From Mesotaenium endlicherianum (taxonomy: Eukaryota): a stretch of DNA of 37,531 nt. Both the position numbers and the translations under genes were made by a program. Below, in pieces: positions 1-12,138 of the stretch. The notes beneath the pieces are model-generated. The model made no database searches. It was not told the DNA's origin and saw only the letters and a program-made list of their open reading frames with translations. The stretch lies in contig WELA01003159.1 of NCBI GenBank assembly GCA_009602735.1, forward strand, positions 233,116 to 270,646, given 5' to 3'. Numbering within the stretch: the first letter of the stretch is position 1; each line of letters begins with the position of its first letter.

Positions 1-478
1 GGAGGGAGGCGGGGAGGGCGGGAGGGCGGAGCGCGGGAGGGCGACCGATTTGGACCAGGGTTGGCTGAGCGGTGGGCCAGGTTGATTCAGGGCGGGGGGG
101 CGGGGGGGAGTAGTAAGGGAGGGAGAGAAGGAGGATGCTCAGAGCTGAGTTAGGGAGAAGTAGAACTGGCTGTGACCCTTCCCCAGGAGCGCTATCACTA
201 CATCCCTCAGACAGCACTATCACATAGCAAACTGCAACAAGTACCCTCCTCCCCTTCCCCTCTCTTCCCCCCTCTCTTTCGCCCCCTTCAAACCCCCCCA
301 GCCCACCGTATAAATGATGGGTACATGCTGGGCTGCACCATATTAGTCAATACTGGCCCGCACCATGTATTATAGTTTGATTTATGCTGGGCTGCATAGC
401 CATGAAGCTCTGGAGGACTATGTGCCAGTGAAGTGTTTGGGCGCTCAAGTTAGAAGGAAAGAGGGGACGGAGACGCAC

Positions 479-578
479 CTAAAGATATTATGAAGGTCAC
501 GAGAGCATCTTGGGCGAAGCCCAGGATGGTGTACAGCTCGTCAGTCACCCACGTCTTCAGCTCCCTCTCGTCTGCCAT
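479..578 (-). CDS. DHX16: First coding exon of pre-mRNA splicing DEAH-box helicase PRP2/DHX16 (ESP3-like); gene continues beyond the left edge
   Basis: ATG at 578 gives MADERELKTWVTDELYTILGFAQDALVTFIISL, then G|GTGCGT donor at 478. This resembles the N-terminus of plant ESP3/PRP2 (LKTWVSDKL..LLG.SQ..VV..LI). The ORF track misses it. Confidence 0.8.
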
Positions 579-1807
579 GTGTCAACCTGCTGCACAAGCT
601 GCAGGTGCTCTGTCGCTCGAGAGGCGCTTTCAGAAAGTCAGAGGCGCGGGTTGTTATCACCTCACTGGACGTATCTTGACTCTCGAGGAGGCCTAGACGG
701 AAAGGTAAGGAGCTTTTATATTCGTTGCTGTGCCGTAGCGACAGAGCACTTCGTGGGTGTCAGCCCCCTCACGGACATGTTATTGTCAGTTTCCCCGAAG
801 AAGGAGTATGGAACGGCCTGTTGCAGACCAAGGAATTGTCATCATCACCAGCCAATTAAAGAAGCGAACAGAACTTGAACAGCAAGCAAGTCCCTTTTCT
901 CTACAGTACGGGAAAATTCCTCAAGACCAAAATATGAAAGTAGTCACAGCCCGGCCTTCGAAAGACCGTCGAACTGCTACTAAAAGAAAAGCAACATCAG
1001 GATGGATCAGAAACTATGCAGCACATAAGCGAAAAGTTTACGCGAAGCACTAAGAGCGTCCGTGATACAGTGCGTGACCTGAAAGTTGGACTCTGTCGTG
1101 ATGTCGTGATGTCGTGATGTGGTCTTCGGCGATTTTTGGGTCACTTGGTAGGCATTTTTCGTTTGATCCCTTCAACGTCTGCACGTGAACCAGTTTAGCA
1201 ACTCTTTGAGGAATGCCAATTAACAATATTCATTCATGAGTCACTAACATCGGACATTTTCGCGAATCATTGGGGTACCTTAACATTTTTCATAGGTCTT
1301 TATCCTACAAATAAGTAAATGAAAGAAATTGTTTACAAGTGCAAAGCCGATACAACAATGTAGAATTTGATTACGTTCAAGATGTGACCCATGATGGACC
1401 AAGCAACCGAAGATGTTCAACCTTGAGTTACCATTAAATTTGAGCTTTCTCCACCACATTTTCCTACCACCTCGCGAGAACACAAGTTGTGTTGCTCACT
1501 TGCAGCTTAGACCCCTAATCTCCAAACATTTTATCGCACCTTCAGATGTCTAAAATACGTGCTCCTCTCATAGACCTTCCCTCACGCCCCAACTCTCTTC
1601 TTACATATCATTACCGCCAAGTAGTTCTACTTATATGCAGCAACCGTTTGCTTGCATCACCCAGTACCAGGCAGCCTCCTGCTCTCACTTTTCCGAGAGT
1701 AAGGTACCAAATAATATTTTGGTTATGTTGCAATATTCGCACTCATAAATGACTCATATTTAGTCTAGGTCATCCAACACCACAAGCACAGCCATCGAGC
1801 TCAAGTC

Positions 1808-1887
1808 GCCACCTGTCACCTGCCACCTGCCATCTGCCACCTGCTACCTGTCACCTGCCACCTGCCACACAGCCACCTGCCCACCTC
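1808..1887 (+). repeat. 7-bp minisatellite (GCCACCT)n just downstream of the shugoshin stop
   Basis: About 11 degenerate GCCACCT/GTCACCT units read directly from the sequence. Confidence 0.85.
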
Positions 1888-1934
1888 GTCGGCCTCTCGC
1901 CAAAGCCGACATCACACCACATGTGCCGCCTTCA

Positions 1935-4900
1935 CTACCTCAAACCTTTAATGACGTCACTGCGCAGCTTGGTGTGAAGAGGGGGCTCCTTGTACGACAC
2001 CATGAAAGCCGAGGTTCTGCGACTCCGAGCGCGAGGAGGAGCCACTCTCAGGGGCGACGTCACTTCGTCCTCCTCCCATGCGAGCGACTGCACGGGGGCC
2101 TTGCCCTTCCGCCTGGCGCCACCTGCCCCCTCGCCACCAGCCCCTGTACACTTGACACCTGTGCGCTCGCCGCCGCCTGCATGGCTCTCTCCCACACTCA
2201 CACTCTCTTCCACCTTTGTTGTCGGATCCTCCCCTGCGCTTCTCCTGGGGGGAGGCACCATCTCATCGGTGATCCCACTCTTGGGGAGCTCAGAAGCTTC
2301 TGTGATTCCCGACTGGCACGAGGTGGAGCTCGCATCGTCAGAGCCTGCAGCTCCTCTGCCACCTGTCGGCTTGCCACCTGCAGGCACACCTGTCCCCTGC
2401 ACAGGCTCCATCTTCACCTTGATCCTGCCGACGCCATCAATGCGGGCTGCTGCCGCTGCTGCCGCTGCTGCTGCTGCTGCTGCTGTTGCAAGAGGCTCGG
2501 GCGTCGTGAGGTTGACAAGTGGAACGTCCTCGTCAAACATGTAGGGGCAAGGCTTGCTCCCCCTCTTCCTGCCAGGTGTCCTGGGCCTTGCAGCGCCGCT
2601 TGTCGCCAGGCCGGCCGTTGGAAGGTCGGCCGCCGACCCGGCCATCGACTTCTTGACTGGCGGCAGCTTGGCGAGTGCAGTGACGGACTGCTTGAGGACG
2701 CGCTTCACCAATGGCACTCTTGCTGAGCTTGTCGACGACTCACTGGCAGTGGACTCTGCCTTCGAGACGGCAATTGACTCGCGCCGCCGTACTTTAGTCG
2801 ACAAACTAGACAGATTGCGTGCCACCGTTGGCGGAGGAGGCGGGCGCGCCAGTGTCGGCGGCGGCGGCAGAGACGTGGGCGGCAGCAGCGGCACGCCATC
2901 CTCCTTCTTGTCCTCTTTACCCTGCCCGCTTCCTAGCATGCCACGTGGCGGGCCTGCCTTGCTGACACGCTCTCCACCATCCGCGTGGTCCTGCATCTCA
3001 CTGAGATCTATGACAGCAATTTTCTTCTTCTGGTCGCCAGCGGCCATGCTCTCCTCCAATCCAGCCCTCTCCGCAGCCGCCTCCACTATCGGCCACAGCC
3101 GTCGATCCGAGCTCGAGCTGCGACCGCCACCTGGCTTCGCCTGCCGCCTGGCCGTCACCTGTCCTCCTCCTCCTCCTCCGGCGGGTGCCCGTTCCCCAGC
3201 AGCAGGCGCTGCTACATCAGCAGCCGCAGCGGTGCCACCTGGCACTTCCACACGGCTGCCGATCGCGACCCTCGAGAGAACGGCCAAGGGCTTGACGTCA
3301 TCCTCTATGGTGAAGGTTCCCAGGTCCCCGCGCCTGAGCTTCCTCCGCACGGAGGGCTCCGCATACTGTCCTGCCACTTGGCGCTGCCTGAGGCCGCCCC
3401 TGAGCCTGCTGCCAAACACTCCCTCACCATCCACATCGCAAGTTGACTAAGGCAGGCCAGATATCGAGTCAACCTCCATGTATGCCCCCACTAGCTGAAG
3501 CAGAGGAAAGGGTTGAGGGAACGGTGAGCCGATGCAAAGGATGCATATTCCAGGGGGAGTGCTAGCCAAGCACTCCGCCGCGTGTGGGCAGCACCGAGGC
3601 CCCGCCCACCCGCCCAGAAGAGGGCTGCATTGGCACTGTGACTGCAGCTGGTGCTTGCTGACACAGCGCGATGCATGAGCAAGCACAGGCTTTACATTCC
3701 AATATCAAATGCCGACACTGGGGGCCTACCCATCACCCAAATTCTTCGTCCTCCATGTGTGCGCATGTGCGTGCATGTGAATGTGTGTTTATGTGTGAGA
3801 AAAGAGAGAGAGAGAGAGAGGGAGAGGGAGAAAGAGGGAGAGGGAGAGGGAGAGAGAGATCAGCAGCATCGGTTGCTGGGGATGGGGGCCGGGCATCCGG
3901 CCACAGTCAGTTCAGGAGAAAGCCCCCACCCTGCAGAAACGATGGCTAGCAAGACGCGTGTGCGTGTGCATCTACGCATGCGTCCGTCTTTGTGGCCCAT
4001 CCACACTCACATGTGCATGGGAGCACACGTGCTCGCACGTGCAAAGCGTGCGTGCGAGCGCGCACACACACACAAACACACACACACACACATGCACGCA
4101 CACACAAACACACACGCACAAGCACATGCACACAAAAACACACACACACGCATGCACACCACACACACGCGCGCAAGCAGGCAGACAGGCATCTCACCGG
4201 CCCACGTAGCTTTTTTCCTCCACCTCCTCCTCCTTCTCCTTTGCTGCCACGGGGGGGGCAGTAGCGCTAGTGCTGGCGCTGACAGTGTGCGCCACCTTGC
4301 TGTTGCGACCATCCGCCCCGTGCTGCTGCGAATGGGGCCTTCGCTCGGAATGGGCCAACTCACCCCCCTCCTTCTCGTCCTTGAGGCCGCTGCAGCCTGA
4401 CCCCCAGGAAGAGAGACACGTGGCACACAAGCCTCCAGGCTCCGTGAGCGTTGACAAGACAGCTGTCCCTGCTTCTTCCCTCCCTCTATCTCACTCCACA
4501 CTGTGTCCTTGAGTAGCAAGAGCACAGCAAAAGCAACCTCAAAGAAACAATCTCACAGAAGTAAGAAGGAGGTACTGATGGGGAGGGAGCGGGGGAGCAG
4601 GGGGGAGGGAGGGAGGACACGGCACTGAGCGGCAGGATGTGCTCTGCCTCTGAACCCCAATGTTGAAATCAAAATGTATGATGAAGACAAATTGATATAT
4701 AAAGAGTCACTGAACACCTGTATACATACACACGGGGGCATAGTTCCATCTGCATAGACAGACACACATGAACACGTGCCAGCACACACATCTGCATGAG
4801 CACCAGCACGCGGCCATAAGCGACTGACTGGGATGCCAGAACTCGCAGAAGATGGACTACGCGCACGCACACAGGCACACACGCACACTCGCCCGCGGAC

Positions 4901-5963
4901 ACACACACACACACACCCCAATAGAGACGCAAACACACGCACACCTGGCGGCAGCCTTGCGGCCCTCTTATGCATTTTGAAGTCCTCCCAAGAGATCTAC
5001 TTTCAAGTTCTGCATGTGACACCAATAATCCTGAGCTGGCAATCAAACCGAGCGTGCAGGGGGGGCGTACCGGAGGTGCGGGACGAGCTTGGCACGCTGA
5101 GCTGTTGCCTTGCTGGCGCCCCTTGCCCGGGCTGCGCCACCTGTGGAATGTAACATCCCCATCATGCAGCCCAGTCTGAGGATAGTCTCATAACCCCAAG
5201 AGATATAAAACGGAAAGAGAAGATACTCAGGAGCAGATAGCTCAAAGAAAATCAAGTGAAAGGGAAGAGAAGACCCCAGAGAGACTGGAACAAGGCTGCA
5301 GATATACGTAGCAAAGAAACTAGCAAAGGCACTGTATGACACCGTACAGGAGAAAGAGAAGGGAGAAACTGCCGTGGAAAGAGTACGAAACTGCCCCAAA
5401 ATACAAGACAGAAAAGTGCCCAACAGCTACCTCCAAGAAAAGACCAGAGAAGTGCAACCTGCGGCAGGCTGACTTCACAAGAACATGCTGTGCACGGAAG
5501 ATGCGCAAGAAGACCAAAGCTGCGGCATGGATGTGAATAAGGAGGGAGGGGGCGTTGAGTGTTTTAGGGCCAGCCAGACACGTAATGCCCAGACCATAAC
5601 GTTCCATGCGTGAACTTATCTGTAGATTCATTTACACGTGTGTGCACAAACATATAAGTTCAAGAGAGAGGGAGGCAGGGGGGTATAGAGAGAGACGGGG
5701 GGAAGGGGGTATAGAGGGAGAGGGAGAGGAGGAGAGAGCGAGAGGGGGGGAACCGCCCTGGACTATCATTGGCAAGCGGTCCAATCAGGACCTCGAGCCC
5801 GAGCAAGCGAGCGGGCAGAGGCAGTACCAGAAGCTCGTCCCGCTGCTTGCGCAGCGCGTCCGCCTCCTGCTGAACTGTCACGAGCTGCTGCAGGAGGCCG
5901 TCCACCTTGCTCTGCACACTCGTCATTATTGTCATCTACATCGTTGTTATCATCATCATCATT

Positions 5964-6017
<54 letters not shown>

Positions 6018-8003
6018 GTCATCATCGTCATCATCGTCATCATCGTCATCATCATCGTCGTCATCGTCGACATCATCATCATCACACCATCATCATGACC
6101 TCGGTGCGATGGCCCGAGTCAGCGCCAGCAAACCAGCAGCAGCAGCAGCAGCAGAGTGCAGCCGAAGGGGTGCAGCTGCCAGCAGGCAGACGCCATCGAC
6201 GTTGGGAGGTGTGACAGGGCTCGGCATGCGCATGATGCGCCTGCTGTAGGCTCCAAGGCGAATGTCAATATATGCGTAAGTACGCGCACCGAGAGCACGT
6301 TCTGAAAAGACCCCCTTCTCTAAGAGAGGCTTCCGCAGTCTCTGTGTGCCTTCTATCGCAGACGCTCTCTGTGAGCATGTGGGAGTTGGCCGGTGAAAAC
6401 AGGTCCAGGCATTTCAAGCCCACGCGTGCACAGCTGGCGAAGGGCGTCCAAGAGAGGCACGGTGCAAAGCGCACTTTTCACAGAGCACTTGGGAGCTGGA
6501 AGACTCGACTGACACCTTACTGTTTGTTTCCAGAAGAGCTCAACCGGCACCGAGGACAGCACTTGCACAACGGCCACCAGCAGTCCGTGTTGTATTTTGT
6601 GCAAGATGCTTACGCCCACGGGCATGCACAAGATTTAAATACTTACTCTTCAAACACACACATTTGAATATGCGTACACATATCAACCCACACTGTAAAA
6701 GTCAATGCATCTGGCACTCTGCGTATAAGCAGATCATGACGAACGACAAAGGGACAATGTGCACTGCTTCAGCTGCCTGCAGGAGGAGCTGCATGCTGCC
6801 AAGTGGCGCAGCCTGGACGCACCGTACCTGCGTCGCCTTGTCTGACGCCTTGTGGAGGGCCGCCATCTGGAAGTAGTCGTGCTGCAGGAGCACCAGCTAT
6901 CGATCCGAGCAATGAACGATGCAAAAAGCACAAAAGCCTCCTCACGCCAAGTGTCAAAGAAATACAAGAAGACATCAAGAATTATTTGCTGCTGCAGAGA
7001 GCTTGCCATATAAAGAAACTTTCTTTTCAACGCTGATACGTTTTTGAAGGTGCTTAAGGAAAAGATATCCAGAGTACATAGCCAATACAATATATATCTA
7101 GGCCAGATATCCTTATATGTGCATTTGTGCATAAAGCTAAAGTATAGCGGACATTATAGCTGTATAATATACGATGCAAGAAACCTCAATAAAGAAGCGC
7201 AGTAGCTTAAAGCGAACCACCAAGTGACACGAGAGACAACAAACGGGACAAGCACGTGTGCACTCGAGCACCGAAATAAAGTAGGATGCGTAGATCTAAG
7301 AGATGGCGCGCAAGACGTTGCGTTCACTGGCATGGGGATGAACGGTGTGTCACACGCTCACATGAGCTTCAATGAGGGCATCCATGGATGGCCGAAGGAC
7401 ATCACGCAGAGGTCCAGCCATGGCCTGACGAGAATACACATCAAGAAAAGGGGCGTGTCGCTGCATTTTTAACTTCCTATTATATATTCTCTATGGGGAT
7501 GATTTGAAAGTAATGAAAAGAGGCGGCCCAGTACCTGCCCTCGGAGGTGCGCGAGCTCCTGCCAAAAGCACGTAACACTTCTCTGTCAGGAACAAATCTC
7601 TGGGCTCTCTCCTCGCATCTTACTACGAGATGCTGGCAGAAAGAGCATCATCTCTGTACATGCCTTTGTGACTTCCACCACTCGGTACTAGTGCACAAAA
7701 CAACAGTTGTGGTAGTAGTCCATGCCTGGATGCACTGCAAAATCATGTGGACGATTAGATGCGCTAGACACTATCCCAGAGAGAAAGAAGGGGAATAGCG
7801 CGGCCTACTAGGTGCTAGGTGTCACGCACACTGGTCAAGGCAGGGCCTTCACTGGCAAGGTGCTTACCTATCAGCTGAATTTTACAAGTGACTTGTGAGC
7901 AGGAAAGTTGCCTCTTCGTGACTGGCTCTTTACTGACGAGGCACAATTGCAACAAATATACACACAGAGAGGTAGAGGAAGAGATGCACACTGGGGTATT
8001 ATC

Positions 8004-8095
<92 letters not shown>

Positions 8096-9291
8096 ACATT
8101 GTTATTGTACATGAATAATGTTCACACTACCATCCCTGTATGCTTCCATGTTACATTGATCGCAGAGTCCCAGCTGTCACGATATCACAAATCTCTGCAG
8201 ATGAGTGTAGTGCCACTTTGGCGTAAAAGACTCCTCTGGAAGGAGCACAGTGAAACAAGAGCCGTACCTTCTGAAGCTTCTGATTGTTGGATATGATCTC
8301 GTTGTTGACAGAGGAGCTGCGGCGCATGACTGACACAAGTGTTGCTTGTGCCTGCTGCAGCTGCTGTGACTGAGCCTCCAGCAGAGTTCTGTTCGTACTC
8401 AGTAAAGGAAGTGGGGCAGTGGCATAGAAAAAAGAACCCCCCTTCTCAACGAGCACCCTCACGCATAACCAACCTCAGTAGTTAATTTATACTGCGACGC
8501 CCCCTGAATCCAGTTGAAGTATGAGCTTGAAGCAAGAACTCAAAGTTGACTTCTTTGTTAAACGTCCTGCATGCTTGCCAGTTGTGATATAAGCCTGTGT
8601 GGTGCAGCTATGGTCACGCAGCTTTGACGAGCCGAAGCGAAAACTTCTGTAACGTGTGAGCTAAATATCTAAATTGTTCTTTAATAAAGAACAGACCAAT
8701 AGGATTAGCAGCTACACCTGGCAGAAAGAAAGGTGAATCACACAAATTTCAGGCACCCAGTACCTTCAGGATGGCAAACCATTCCCCCCCTGAGTTTTGC
8801 ACAAACAGTTCAATCCAGCACTTCAGCTTCAGCAACTTCAGCCCATAGGTCCACATGTAGATAAAGGATACTCTTTCTCGCCAAGAAGCTTTTGCAAAAT
8901 ATAGACATCCTGCAGGCAACATAGCAGCAGAGTGGTCCTTCAGTAAATAGCCTTAAAGCTCCAGGTTCTAAGGACCTCATTGGGGACGAAGCCTCGTTCG
9001 GGCATTGTAACAAGCATTGAGCAACATACACTACTCGTGTTACATTTCTTAACAGCCTATTACGGCCTTTTGATAAGGCTTTTGAAGCAGGATACTTACT
9101 TTCTTAAGGAGCTGATTCTCAAATTGCTGGCTATGTATGTGACTATGGTTACTGGAAGGCGGGCCATTCTGCTCATCTTTGACACCTTGATAATAAGCGT
9201 TGGACACATCAGTGAACGGTCGTCTCCGCTCATTGTTCTGAGATGAGGACTTCGAAGGTGCTGGGGAACTCATGCGCATTGATGCACTCAT
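1935..9291 (-). CDS. SGO1: Shugoshin (centromeric cohesion protector), 9 exons, about 756 aa
   Basis: Phase-compatible GT-AG exons: 9291-9100, 8909-8872, 8388-8268, 7558-7535, 6896-6828, 5911-5828, 5140-5071, 4396-4198, 3408-1935. N-terminal [10 protein letters not shown] is followed by the coiled coil ...[28 protein letters not shown] (plant SGO-like). C-terminal SGO motif [22 protein letters not shown]. Exons 7-8 and the last acceptor (NAGNAG 3408/3405) are less certain. Confidence 0.88.
3803..4168. repeat. (GA)n and degenerate (CA)n/(TG)n microsatellites in shugoshin intron 8
   Basis: GA run at about 3803-3858; CA-rich run at about 4063-4168. Confidence 0.9.
5947..6096. repeat. (CAT)n/(CGT) trinucleotide microsatellite in shugoshin intron 5
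   Basis: Direct reading. It produces the spurious poly-His/Ile/Ser ORFs. Confidence 0.95.
8007..8093. repeat. (GT)n microsatellite, about 43 units
   Basis: Direct reading. Confidence 0.97.
8389..8871 (-). other. U12-type (minor spliceosome) GT-AG intron 2 of shugoshin
   Basis: 5' splice site GTATCCTTT at 8871. Branch-like TTCCTTTAC lies about 13 nt before CAG at 8390-8389, with no polypyrimidine tract after it. The join GA|A restores the frame. Confidence 0.8.
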
Positions 9292-9845
9292 AATGGCTAG
9301 AGCGCATGTATAGCGAAACACATGTTCATCAACGCACTCTATCCTTAAATGATTTCACGTAATTAACGTGGCGCAATAGCTCACCTTCCAGATGCAAGTC
9401 CACCCCTAATAAAAAACGGTCCCCTAGCTACCAGAGCAGATTGTTTTCAACGTGACAAACAAGTATAGTGAGTGCATTGGTGTTTTTTTCTAAAAGGTGA
9501 GCTCTGCGAGACCGTGTTGAAGCTTTTCTATACAGCTGTCGAAGCTGGTAGTAAGCGGAGTTGGTCTGATACCGCGCTATATCAACGTACTTTAACGCAA
9601 AATTTGAAAGCTAGCTATCTTTAATCGTCTCCAACAGTCCAACATCAGCCATGCGCAATCTATGAAGTAGTGGCACCAAGCTCTAAGCAAATGTATACAA
9701 AACCGTGAAAAACTACGTACCACCGCTTCCTACACCTACTCTCCCTCCAAACACGAACCGAATACCTCCTAGCAGGCCCTTGCATGCCTGTTACTTTTGC
9801 ATGAAGCCCTTGGGAATGTGCCTGTGATGCTGTTTTCCTTCAGAG
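9292..9845. promoter_or_regulatory. Putative bidirectional promoter/5'UTRs between shugoshin and TEN1
   Basis: Only 554 bp separate the two divergent ATGs (9291 and 9846). A probable TEN1 5'UTR intron (AAG|GTGAG near 9497 to TTTTCCTTCAG at 9843) shortens the promoter further. Confidence 0.6.
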
Positions 9846-11299
9846 ATGGCTTCAAATGTTTCTGTACAGCATGGCGAGATTTTGTACTTAGATGAGATAC
9901 TGAAGAAGAAAGGCAGCCTTCGGGGGAAGTCTGTTCGTGCCATGGGAAGGTATACTGTATGGCCTGTTTATTGCTTTCAACCCGTACTCTAACTGGCAAC
10001 GTCACGATACGTAGTCTCATGTGCATTCTTACTGCAATTATTCCTCCTAAGCTACATCCTAGACTCATGGGGTCATGTGATTCTTACAACCAGGGTTTAC
10101 ACGGCAGGATTCAAATTTTAAGAAAGTGACTGCGCTGCTGGACTAGCATACTAGTGTTATTTGTGACTGCATGCTGAGGCCCACTAAATGTTGATTATAA
10201 TTTTTTGGCTTCTCCCTTCACCGATGTTAGTCAACCATAAATTTGTCTATGCTCACAAGTTCTGGGCCCAGGCTGGCCTGAATAAGGATGAGAGCAGTAA
10301 CAGAAAGTTATTTAAGCGTAATATTTGGTGTAAATTGGTGATGACGGATATGTGTTGGCTTCCCTGCGAAACCTTGAGATGGCTACATTGCTCGTCTCTT
10401 TGCCTGATTACAGGAATAAGCATGCAGAACGCAGTCTAATTTGAAATAAGGAATCTGCACCGTGGGAGCTGGGTGCCAGGATCAGTGAGTATGAGCTGGA
10501 GAGTGGGTTAGCCACCATAGAGCAGAGAGGAGCTGCCTTACGAGTGGATACCACCCACATAGTGGGGCCTCATCTCCGTGTGGGGTCGCTCTTTCAGTTC
10601 ATCGGAGAGCTCGAAGCCGGCAGCCATGGCAGGCACACTGAGGTCTGCTCACGGAAGCTTCCTTCTATTCCCTCCAAATGCGCTGTCTTGGTGTCTGCAA
10701 GTGTGTGCTTATTCTTTCCGCGTGCTCTTCTCATGTCTCAATAAGGACATCAGTATGGCATGTTTCGGGTTGCCAGATGCTGTACAGTGCCAACTGCACT
10801 GGCCTTTCTCTGGGGTGTCATCTTACCGCCTCACACTTGTGAACTTAATGGATATATTTGTCTTGCTTAGAATGTGCTGTGCCAGTGAGGTAATTGCCTT
10901 CGACGGTGGACATGGCATTCTGAGCAGATATGGAAGAGATTAATGCCAAAGTATGTGAGTCCTGAGTAACTCTTAGACACAAGGTTCGCTTCTTGTGTTA
11001 TTGGAAGGTCCCCTTCTTGTGTTGTTACACACTTGCATCACGCTCCTATCGCAGTATGCTCGGAGTTGGCCTCATTTGCAATTGTTGCGATTGACGACTC
11101 CATGTCAGCTGAGTCTTTTCCTGGGCGCTGATGCTGACCTTGACCTTGTGGGATATTGAACTTAGTGTCATGGTTTGCTTTGCAGCTTGTGCTGCGGGCC
11201 CGGGTGGGCCGGAATGTAGACGGTCTCGATGAGGCAATGTATGATAGAGCATTAGCACTGAGGCGTCACTTTGAAGAAGCTCATGTACATATGAAGTGA
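9846..11299 (+). CDS. TEN1: CST complex subunit TEN1 (telomere OB-fold protein), 3 exons, 126 aa
   Basis: Phase-compatible GT-AG exons 9846-9949, 10480-10642, 11186-11299. Protein: MASNVSVQHGEILYLDEI...GKSVRAMGRISEYELESGLATI...LRVDT...RVGSLFQFIGELE...LRARVGRNVDGLDEAMYDRAL. It carries the plant TEN1 signatures (GS.YQFIGEL; AR.GRNVDG.D). Confidence 0.92.
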
Positions 11300-11648
11300 G
11301 ACTAGGTAGAATCTGGAGTGCACGTTGGTCGTTTGAGCTTTTGGTGTATAATGCATAAGGGTGTCCTGTAACATACTCCGTTGCGTACTTCATAAACGTA
11401 CATGGCTCTCAAGGTCATGGCCTTCGAGTGGTTGTCATGCTTAGTTAGTTGTGTGCCAAAATTGTCTGAAAATGTAGTATTTGTGACTCATTGAGCTACA
11501 GATTGTGTAATCAGTTCATGATATTGCCGCAAGGTCAAATGCTCATTGAGTTTCAACATGATTGTGTACTCATACCTGTTATGAGCTCCCTACACGAATC
11601 AAGTATATTTACAATCAAAGGACAAAACTTCACTACTTGAAAAAGTTA

Positions 11649-11746
11649 AGTCCACTCTGTGCTAATTAGAAACACATAGTAACTTCATGTATGAAGAACT
11701 TTAGTCCACTCTGTGCTAATTAGCAACACATAGAACTTCATGTATG
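11649..11746 (+). repeat. Near-tandem duplication of about 45 bp (period 54)
   Basis: AGTCCACTCTGTGCTAATTAG.AACACATAG.AACTTCATGTATG at 11649 and 11703. Confidence 0.85.
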
Positions 11747-12070
11747 TCTCTTCTATCTGAATCTGACTCAACTCATAACATTTTTTGTTCATTATGTGTG
11801 CCACTCATGTGATGTTTAAGGGTGAAGCCATGACTTATGATATTCACAAAAAGGTGTACCTGAAAGATTTAGAAAAGCACAGGTATTGGAAGTTACCGCA
11901 CTCTTCATGGTCAATACACTACTTTCCATAAATAATGACAACTATTCCAAGCCCCCCCACATTGCCATATCTAATATTGAGAAACGGTATTATTTTGAAC
12001 GATGATAGATGATGGTGACATTGTATGAAATCTACAAATAGTAACTGTAACTACTCAATGTCATTTCACC

Positions 12071-12089
12071 AAAAAAAAAAAAAAAAAAN

Positions 12090-12136
<47 letters not shown>
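12071..12136 (+). repeat. Poly(A) tract of about 66 nt (contains an N, so length is unreliable)
   Basis: Direct reading. Confidence 0.85.

Positions 12137-12138
<2 letters not shown>

Noticed and set aside
1923..3450. Long plus-strand ORFs antisense to shugoshin
   Set aside because: Shadow ORFs of a GC-rich coding exon, with no recognisable motifs.
5606..6249. Poly-His, poly-Ile and poly-Ser ORFs
   Set aside because: Translations of the intronic (CAT)n microsatellite.
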